Assembly (NCBI RefSeq): GCF_009914755.1 | Contig: NC_060938.1 | Source: the human T2T-CHM13v2.0 reference genome, Homo sapiens | Direction: 5' to 3' (one strand) | Length of the DNA: 64,000 nt | Shown here: positions 54,407 to 64,000 of the stretch, in pieces | How the letters are laid out: the number at the start of each line of letters is the position of its first letter | Numbering within the stretch: position 1 is the stretch's first letter | Translations under genes and position numbers: made by a program | The notes under the pieces: generated by a model | The model's database searches: none | Seen by the model: only the letters and a program-made list of their open reading frames with translations | What the model was told of the DNA's origin: nothing

Positions 54407-54574
54407 TGTATTAGGGTTCTCTAGAGGGACAGAACTAATGGGATAGATGTACATATGAAGGGGATGCCCCCATGACTTAATTACCTCCCACCAGCTCCCG
54501 CCCACGACACATGGGGATTATGGGAGCTACTATCCAAGATGAGATTTGGGTGGGGACACAGCCAAACCATATCA
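54407..54574 (-). mobile_element. Hybrid LTR remnant: MLT2A-like end (54407-54464) fused to THE1-like end (54465-54574)
   Basis: tgtattagggttctctagagggacagaactaat... then gcccccatgacttaattacctcccacc...gagatttgggtggggacacagccaaaccatatca. Confidence 0.8.
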
Positions 54575-54699
54575 ACCAGAACTCAGGAATTAGAATTACT
54601 CTGAAGGTTTTCATTTTGTTTCGTTTTACTCTCTTTTATATTTTATCTCTTAGGAGTTAGGAGTCAGCTTTTTTGGACCTTTTTAGTGATTTTTAAACT

Positions 54700-56220
54700 T
54701 TTTTAAAAAAATTGAGGCATGATTTTTACGGGGAAATACATATAAAATGAACAGTTTGAAGACTTTTGACAAGCACATATACCTGTGTAATCCTCACCTC
54801 TTAAAATGTAGAGCATTTCCATCATACTAAAAAGATTCCTTATGTTCTTATTCAGTCAAAACCCTACTCCCTTGCACCCTTGGAGGCAACCACTTGTCTT
54901 GAGTTTTTTTTTTTTTTTTTTTGCCGTGAATGAGTTATTCCTGTTCCAGAAGGTTATGTAAATGGTATTAAACAGTATATATTGTTTTGTAACTTCTTAT
55001 GCTCAGCATAACGTTTTAATGGTTCATCCATATTGTTGGTGTATCAATCATTTGTTTCATTTTATTGCTCTCTTGATAGACATTGAGGTTGTTTCCAGTT
55101 TTTGGTATTATGAATAAAGCGTCTATAAACATTCTTGTACAAGTGTTTTTATGGAGACAGGTTTTTATTTTTCTTGGATAAATACTTTGAGTTGCGGTTT
55201 ATAGGGAAGATGTCTATTTAAACTTATAAGAAAGTACTAGGCAGATTTCCAAAATGGTTGTGCCCTTGTACACATTGGCCAATAATATATGACAGTTCTG
55301 TTTGTGTCCTCTTCAACATTTGGCATTGTCAGTTGTGTGTATTTGTTTTTTAGCCATTACAGTTAGTATGTAGATGTGACTTATAGTTTCAGTTTGCACG
55401 TGCTTGATGCCTAATGATTTTGGGCAGTTTTTTGTTGTGCTTATTGGCCATTCATGTATTTTCCTTTGTGGAGTGCCTCTTCCATTCTTTTTGCCCCTTT
55501 CCTCTTATTTTTATCTTTTAAAAATAACTGGGTTGTTTTGCTTTTTATAATTGAATAGTAAGAGAGTTTTTTTCTGGATGCAAGTCCTTTTTCAGATACG
55601 TGTTTTAAACATTTTCTACTAGTTTATAGTTTGCCTATTCATTTTTTGAATGCTTTTTCTACATCTGAGATGAATCACAGGGTTTTTCTCCTTTCCTCTG
55701 TCAATGTGGCAATTACATTGATTGATATTTGAGTGTTGACCGAACTTTGTATTCTTAACATACACCCCACTTAGTCATGGTGTATTATAGTTTTTACATA
55801 ATGCTAGAATTGATTTGTGAATACTTTGTTAAAGATTCTTGTGTCGTTGTTCGTGAAGGATATTGGTCTTTCGTTTTTTTCCCCACTGTTTCTCAATTTA
55901 AAATTTCCAATCTCATTGTTGATTTTGGTAGCAGAGTTCTGTACCTGGCACTCTGTTTGGTCTTCCCCCTTTTGCCCTGCAGGCTTAAGTCTCCTCCATT
56001 TTACTCCTAGGATCTCTAGGGGAAAAAAGCCAGGGCTGCCATGGACTCACTTTGTTTTCTGTCTCTTAGGGGTCACAGTCCTGTCCTGTCCATTGTCTAA
56101 TTTCTGAAAATAGAAATTTTCTGTTTTTAAGTCTGTTTTTATCTTTGTTTGCAGTGGGAGGGCTAACTGGGTCCCAGCTATTCCCTCGTGCAGGGAAGCG
56201 GAAGCAAAGCGATGCCTTTC
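54700..56220 (-). mobile_element. Old L1M fragments
   Basis: gaggcaaccact; gttgtttccagtttttgg; cttattggccattcatgtat; ccccacttagtcatggtgta. Confidence 0.75.
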
Positions 56221-56675
56221 AAGTTGTGTCAAAGTGCTTTATTTCTCCTGCTTCTTTTCATGATGGCCTTTCATTGTGGATTTTTCTTCTTCTTCATTTA
56301 TGGAATAGCATTCTTTTTGGAATATTCAGCCTGTTGCTGAATCAGAGGAACTAAAGTTCTTAGTATTAAATTGGGTCATTTGTATTTAATTGCAGAATAT
56401 TGTGTGCATTTGTTTTTGGTAATACAAATTAAAATATTAAAATCTATGGGTAAGATGAGTTTCTTCTTAGGCTCATTAGGAGTTCTGTTGTGAGAAGAAA
56501 GCAAGTCTCCTTCTGACGTCTCATAACGTTGAGGTTCAAATGATATGGTTACCTCTGACCCCTTGCAGTTAGTTGGCATAGCTGTTTCTGTGTCTTGGAA
56601 GGAAAGTGTGCCAGTGTCATATCTTAAAGGTGGAACAGTGTATAATCATGTCTTTTTTGTTCTGTATAACTTGAA

Positions 56676-56975
56676 CTTTTTTTTTTTTTTTGAGACAGTG
56701 TCTCGTCCTGTTGCCTGGGCTGGAGTGCATTGGTGCAATTATAGCTCATTGCAGCCTTGATCTCCTGGGTTCAAGTGATCCTCTCACCTCAGCCTCTCTA
56801 GCAGCTGGGACTAAAGGCACGCACCACCATGCCCGGCTAATTTTTTTGATTTTTTGGTAGAGATGAGGTCTTGCTTTGTTGCCCAGGCTGGTGTCAAACT
56901 CTTAAGCTCAAGTGATCCTTCCCTCTCAGCCTCCTAAAGTGATGGGGTTACAGGCATGAGCCATGGCACATGGCC
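56676..56975 (-). mobile_element. AluJ
   Basis: tagctcattgcagccttgatctcctggg; gtagagatgaggtcttgc. Confidence 0.92.
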
Positions 56976-57374
56976 TCTGAACTTAAGTTGTATTTTCTCT
57001 TAGAATGATGTGCTTCCTTATTGTAATTAGAAATATTTCTGTTGTTCTTCTTTATTGTGAGTAATTAGAAGTATTTCTGTTGTTAGTCAATGTAACTTTA
57101 CTTTTACTGCCTTTTTAACTTATATAGTTAAGAAAAAACATGGCCAGGAACAGTATTTTCTATATGCTTAAGGTAATGAATTATATTTTTAAGTTTAAGA
57201 CCAAGTACCTAGTTCAGGACTGTGTATCTCCTGTCTCCTAATTTAGTTCTGTTTCCATTATCCTTTATTACTTCTTCTCTTTGTAATTAGGACAGTGATA
57301 CTCAGTTGATTTCTCTTTTGCATTTAATATTTTAGTAACTTTTTGGATGTTACAGTTATCCTAGAAGAATGTCA

Positions 57375-57666
<292 letters not shown>

Positions 57667-58496
57667 TACCAAAAATAAAACAAAACAGTAATATTACTGA
57701 CTTTCTCCTTCCCTTTGAAGGGGAAATTTGTAACTTCTATTTGCTTCTTTTCCCCTAGCACTCTCTCCTGAATAAACACCTACAGCACTCATTGTATTAA
57801 CATTTATTTTACAGTTTCATTCTTCTTATGCCACTAGTTGTTTTTAGTTTTTTTAAATGTGTTTATTCTGTCTCTCTAACTGAATTTTAAGTTATCTGAT
57901 AAGGACCTTGTCAATAAAGCTTGTTTTCCCTATGCAGTCTTTAGAAGCTTATTTCATTTATTCTTTTGAATACTTTTTAGCCATTAATTGTCCATTGCCT
58001 TTATACTACTCTTTTCATTTACTCTCAACTTCCTCATGTCATTCACTTTCCTGTCTTGTCTGTACCATAGAGAGCAGGCCCACTCATAATTTGCCTTCTT
58101 ACAACTTTCTAATATTAATAGTTGAAATGTTTCACCAAATAACAAACATGTAAAATGAGCATCAGTTCTTTCTGGTATTAAAATCAGAACTGTTTATGAA
58201 CATTTGTCATTTAAAACATTATGGACTATTAAAGATCGTGTTTTCAAAGAACATGTACTACTCTTTGGGGAAGTTTTATAATTATTTCTAAAAAAGCAGG
58301 ATACAAAGTTCTATATATAGTATGAAGGTTGTCTTATAAAATGGCTATTTATGAAGAAAATACATCAAAATGTTTCCATATTTTCTAAAATGAGCATTAT
58401 TTTATCATTAGAGAAAAAACTTGCAAATGTTACGAAATAAAGGCAAATTGATTTTCTAATGTGAAATTTTACTTAATAATGTAATAGCATATCACA

Positions 58497-58616
58497 CAGT
58501 GGTTCTCAATCCTGGTTGTAGAGTATGATCAGAATCTGGGTGTAGGGCCTGGTTATTGGTATTTTTAGTAAAGCTTCCCAGGTGATTCTTTTGTGCATCA
58601 AGATTGAGAGCCACTG
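58497..58616. mobile_element. MER5-family element
   Basis: TIR cagtggttctcaatc / gattgagagccactg. Confidence 0.85.
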
Positions 58617-60362
58617 GTAGAATCTGGCACACAGAGCACCTTAATTATTTTAAATGGAATCTTGTGGCTGGCACATTTTTATCCTTGATTTCAGTAAGGG
58701 TGTGCAGGTACCCTCTGCTGCTGGTAAGGGTTTCTAACTTAATGTGGACGCTTTGTCAAAAAGTTGGTTATTGCTGATAATACATGTATCTGCCTTATGA
58801 AACAGCTCCAGATAGTTAACCCACAAATCTCTTATTTGGCATTGGAGTGAAGTTAAGACATACCCATTCAAGGTAGATGTTAGGCACATAATAAAAATGT
58901 TCTCACATGTACCAAATGTTGGTCTCTGGTTTTGGTTGGGGCTTTAATCCTTGACCTACAGAACAGACACTGTATTTTATTTCTGAAAGTAACTGTGCAG
59001 GAGAAATGTTGGATAATGCAAGGAGAAAGAAATTTTCTTTTGTGTTTTCTTGCTGACAGACTTAATATGAAATTAGTAGTTCTTTGAATTGCACTTACCC
59101 TTAGTCATGTCAGTAGCAGAACTAGAGGCAGAGGTCAGGCTTTTGGATGGTATCCTAACAGGTCATTGTACTGTGGTCCTTTTCAGATGTGAACTGATAA
59201 GAATCTGTATTTCACAGTTCCTTGGAAAGAAGTTTGCAGACTGATGTTTGATTTTCCTCACTGATGTTATGAGAAGTGACCTGAATTTTTAATTCATATA
59301 TCATAATTTTTTGGTAGGAAGGAGAAATTTTGTACAGCTTCATTTTTAAATGGCAGCCAGTTGCTTTTAGCTGGTGCCATTGAAATATATCACATTTTAA
59401 TTTTTTTTCTGTTGTCATCTTCATTTTGACACTTAGAAGTCTTAAAGAAACGTTTAGTGATATTCTAGTTAAAATGTCAGTCCCAATTTCTTTTCTAAAT
59501 CTTGGCTATTATAGAGTTGGCAAAGTATTTTAGATTTGAAATATGTTAATAAAATTTTAGTTATGAGTTAAGGTATTTTCTTCAACAGGAATAGCTAGCT
59601 TTGGCTAGAGTGCAATGCCAAGGAAGTAGCTCCTTTATTTTGTGATAATGGAAGTTTATTGGATTAGAAGAAGTATGAAATGAGCTCAGAGAGCCTTCCT
59701 TGTAGTGGGCTTTCATTATAATAGCCTGATTTATATGGTTGATTCTCATTATTATAGGTTTAATAAATTATTGCCTGAAGGAAAACTTGAAAGTTAAAGT
59801 TGATATGACATAGGTTGAAACTGAATAAATCAGAATTTTATACTGATTTGTCTTAGGAAAACCTCTTTCAAACCTGAATTATATAAATGAGCTATTCCAA
59901 AGGTAAGCTTTGGAGAGGAACTTTACCAGAATTTCTCCTTTTGAATTTCTTTTTCTTAACGCTGATTCTGTGATTCCTACCAAAGACCTATTCTTAGCCA
60001 TTGGCTGGAAACACTGCAAGTGTCTCTTGCAAATGCTTGCAAGTGTCAAGCTATTATTGCTGCTAGGAAAGGAGCCATAGGTTATAGAGGAACTTGGGTA
60101 CTGAGTCCATAAGTTAAGGAATCAGCACTCATACTTTCAGTATGTTGGTTAGTTCCTCCTTCTTAAGGAGTTGTTGCATGCCAAGCCATGATACTACTGT
60201 CTTCCAAGGTTAAGGTGAAAAGTATACTTACCTGTAACAAATAAGGCACGCTTGTTTTCAGGTTGTGATCCAAGTGTTAATGTGTGTTGCCCATTTACTG
60301 TTAAATGCTCATTAATAACTGCCTGAGTCTGCAGATTGGCTAATCCGTTTTCCTCTAAGTAC

Positions 60363-60664
60363 TTTATTTTTATTTTTGAGACAGAATCTTGCTTTGTTGC
60401 CCAGGGTGGAGTGCAGTGGCACGATCTTAGCTTACTGCAGCCTCCGCCTCCTGGGTTCAAGTGATTCTCCTCCCTCAGCCTCCTAAGTAGCTGGGATTAC
60501 AGGTACTCGCCACCATGCCCAGATAATTTTTGTATTTTTAGTAGAGATGGGGTTTCACCATGTTGGCCAGGCTGGTCTTGAACTCCTGACCTCAAGTGAT
60601 CCGCCCGTCTTGGCCTCCCAAAGTGCTGGGATGACAGGACAGGCATGAGCCACTATGCCAGGCC
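60363..60664 (-). mobile_element. AluS
   Basis: Reverse Alu; TSD ttc(c/t)tctaagtacttta. Confidence 0.93.
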
Positions 60665-61914
60665 TTCTTCTAAGTACTTTAATTGGGGATTCCTATTTTC
60701 TGAATTATAAGAAATCTGAGATAATTAGAGCAGAGAGTATGGAGTGGTTTTCTACAGTTGAGGGTATCTTGAGTGAAGAAAAGGTGAACATATTTTAAGT
60801 GCTTGCAAAAGTCATCTCTAGCAACCCAAAACTATAAGTTGTCACTCATTTAAGGTAGTAGGCCTCATTACTCACTTCCCCCAATGCTCTATTTAACTTT
60901 GAACTCCAGTTAACCAAGATATTCTGCCCAAAATAATTTTTTTCTCATACCTCCTAAAAAGAAAAGCAACCCTAAAATTAGTTTAGAAATGTTAGCTTCC
61001 TCATTTGAAGTTTTCACTGCTTTAAAAACTTTTTTTTTAATTCCCAATAAATAATGACCAACACAAAATACCAGACATTAAATAAATACTAATTTTAATC
61101 AGATGAAATTTACTATTTAAAAAGTCCACAGAATTATAAGATCTTTTCCACTCTTACATATTTATTTAACAAGGCAAAACTGCTGACAGGCTGTTATTTC
61201 TTGTTTGTGCAAATACGTTTTTGTGAATGTATGTCTCTTTAGTAATAATTTTAATTGTTAATATCTCTAAAAACATAAAATGAATGTAGTCCATAACATT
61301 GGTAGAAAACAATTGTTAATGAGCCCCATGTTTGGTTTGACAAATGTAGGAATCTGTGTCAGAAAGGAAGGATGCAGGTTAGTGGACAGTGCATGCTTGT
61401 TCAGGAGATGCATAATATGGGCTCTTCTTTGTGGTAAGGTCTGTTTTTGCCAGTCCTGATAAAGTAGATATAAGTGTAATGAAAACAGGAAAGGAATGGG
61501 ATTTTGGCATTAATTGGTTAAATTAGGTATTGAAATTTTATTAAATCTGAGAAATATCTTATAGCCCCTTGGTGATACAGTTAAGATGATTGCTCATCTT
61601 TGCTTAAGGGAAAGCTTAATAAAGATGAAAATTAGTTTAAACATTTTTCTTAAACTTCTGCAGGCTGAGCCATATATCTGATTTTGTATAATTTATCACT
61701 TATAGAAATGGAACTTGAGCAATATAAGAAATATAGACTAATATTTCTCTGAACATTTCTAAGGAGTTTGACTTAATCTTAACACAGTTATAAACTTAAG
61801 TATCAAAATTACATTGGACAGAAAAATAGATTTGTTGGTCTTTTTTGAAGGTTCATTGAAAATATCTCAGTAATTTTAACTACTGCTAGTACTAATTAAC
61901 TCTTATATTTTAAG

Positions 61915-61984
61915 GAACCCAGTGACAATGGACCTCTTTTTACTGAATTAAAGTTCTACCAACGAGCTGCAAAACCAGAGCAAA
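61915..61984 (+). CDS. VRK1: VRK1 exon 4 (70 nt): EPSDNGPLFTELKFYQRAAKPEQ (alphaC region)
   Basis: Acceptor tcttatattttaag|GA, donor AAA|GTAAGA; frame continuous. Confidence 0.97.
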
Positions 61985-62466
61985 GTAAGAAATACAGTAC
62001 ACATACGTTTACACTTTTAAAATGACCAGTTTTTTGTTTTAAGCCAAGACCTAGAGCATTGTATCTTATTTTATGACTCTTTGTTATTTTTTTGCTTTAT
62101 AAATTCCACTTACATGGGATTTGTATGAAAGAATTCTGGTCTTTTAATGGGTTTGTTGCATCAAGATTTTATCTATATAGATACATAGAATGAAGTTAAT
62201 AATAAATGACCTATGATTTAGGAAATATTGTTAAACATTGAGAATTATTGATGAAATAGAACAGGATATCAAGGTAGAGAGCCAGAACCTCTCCTAGTCA
62301 CTTTGGTCCCTTCTGTCCTTCTTCCATGTCTCTTAGATCTTGATTTCCTGGTTGAGGACTTTTATATTGAGGAAGAAAAACCTTTTAGATTGGTATGAAA
62401 AATAGGTCTTCCTGTAGAAGCAAGTAAACATTACATAATTAGAGAGAGAAACTGCAACTTCAGGAT

Positions 62467-62803
62467 AGTCCACCCCCGTATTCTCAGATTCCACATCCTC
62501 AGACTCAACCAACCAGGGATAAAAAATATTCCAGAAAAAAAAAAAAGCTACAATAAAAAATAACAATTCAATAATAAAAAATAATACAAATAAAAAACTA
62601 GTACAGTATAACTATTGACATAGCATTTACATTGTATTACATATTATAAGTAATCTAGAGATGAGATAAAGTATATAAGAGGATGTGTGGAGGTTATATG
62701 CAGATATTACACCATTTTATATGAGGGACTTGAGCATCTGGATTTTGGTGTCTTGAGGGGTGGGGGTTCCTGGAACCAAGCCCCTAGAACAAAGGAATGA
62801 CTG
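62467..62803. mobile_element. MER2 (Tigger) element
   Basis: catagcatttacattgtatta...aagtaatctagagatg...agggacttgagcatc...cctggaaccaa. Confidence 0.88.
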
Positions 62804-63076
62804 CACTGTAGTTTTGATTTAAAAAAAATGCTTTTTGTAGATTTTTCATTTTAAAGACAATTTTAAGGGCAGGATAACAATTTTGTAGGTTAATAAAAAT
62901 GTTTTCATCGTAAAATGCTTTTCGTTATTCGTTATACTGTATTCTTCATTTTCTTTTTTATGAATACAGGTGAATTCTTATTGCATGTATAAATACATTT
63001 TGCTCTTAATGATTTTTTAAAAAATTATCATTTATGTATAACAATTGAAATCACAAAGATCTGTTTTAATTTGTAG

Positions 63077-63164
63077 TTCAGAAATGGATTCGTACCCGTA
63101 AGCTGAAGTACCTGGGTGTTCCTAAGTATTGGGGGTCTGGTCTACATGACAAAAATGGAAAAAG
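63077..63164 (+). CDS. VRK1: VRK1 exon 5 (88 nt): (I)QKWIRTRKLKYLGVPKYWGSGLHDKNGK(S)
   Basis: Acceptor ttttaatttgtag|TT, donor AAG|GTAAAA; frame continuous. Confidence 0.97.
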
Positions 63165-64000
63165 GTAAAAATATGTGTGATTTGTCTTTCTCCTTCCCTT
63201 TTGCAACATTCACTATTTAGTTGGTTTAGTCAGTAATTATTTACTGATCACTTACAATATTACTAGGCCTCCCTCTGGAGTATGTGGAGTGTATGTGACA
63301 GAGAGGAATAAGATGTTATCTCTGTCCTCTGCTTTCCATAGCAGCAGGCTATGATGCCTTATTAGAATAGGAGTGCCTCTCTAGTCAGGGAGCTTCTGCA
63401 GAGCAGTATCAACTGACTGGAACCCAACTGACAAGGAGGAACAAAGCCAAACACCCTGCCTTTTTTTCCTCCTTGCCTTTAGAAATAAACAAACAAAAAC
63501 GCCTCTGTTCTTCATGCAAAAGGGAACCCCTTCAGGATTCCATTTGGTATTTCTGCCCACACAGAAATGTTGGATACATAATCTGCCCACACAAGATTAG
63601 GCTCACCCTTTATGAGGGTTTTAGTCTAGCTGGTGAGTGAAAACAAAAATGTTTGGAACAATTAGAGAACAATTAAGTGCTAAGTTGTATAATACTGACT
63701 TACGTGTCTTAGGAGTTCAGAGAATGGAGAGAATGAATTCTTTGGGATAGTTTATTTGGAGAAAACTTCTAATACTTTGGTTCATAAGCAGCACTTGATA
63801 CATATTTGAATGAATGAATGGAACTTCATGGAGTAAGGCTTTGGTAGCTGAGACTTGACGGGTAGATTTAGTTTGGAACTGGGGATATATTGCTTAGGAT
63901 GATTTCAGCTGCAAGTAAAGGAAAACTTTGACTCAGGCAGTCATCAAGGGCCCAGGTTCCTTATCTTGCACCTTTGCCCTCCTCTTCTTGGTTTTGTTCT

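Overview
Primate, most likely human, genomic DNA covering about 13 kb of upstream sequence and the 5' half of VRK1 (vaccinia-related kinase 1) on the + strand. It contains a CpG-island promoter (~12.9-13.9 kb), non-coding exon 1 (donor after 13237), a 36-kb intron 1, and coding exons 2-5 (49290-49454 with ATG at 49295, 53584-53639, 61915-61984, 63077-63164). These splice in frame into the N-terminal kinase region (MPRVKAAQ...GQGGFG...VVKVEP...HDKNGK). The gene continues past the window end. Most other sequence is transposon-derived: Alu, L1, L2, MIR, CR1, MaLR/ERV LTRs, Tigger/hAT elements, a full-length Hsmar1 mariner fossil and a tailless 5S rRNA retrocopy. Almost all ORFs in the track are repeat- or GC-derived noise. 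I see no evidence for a new multi-gene system. The best leads are regulatory and untested: a (UC)n-(UG)23-flanked candidate cryptic 5'UTR exon (TDP-43 hypothesis), recursive-splice-like AG|GTAAG sites in intron 1, three ZNF143/THAP11-type promoter motifs, Hsmar1/MADE1 terminal repeats, a hybrid MLT2A/THE1 LTR, and several palindromic or duplication scars. Repeat subfamily names are from memory of consensus sequences, and repeat boundaries are approximate unless a TSD or TIR is quoted.
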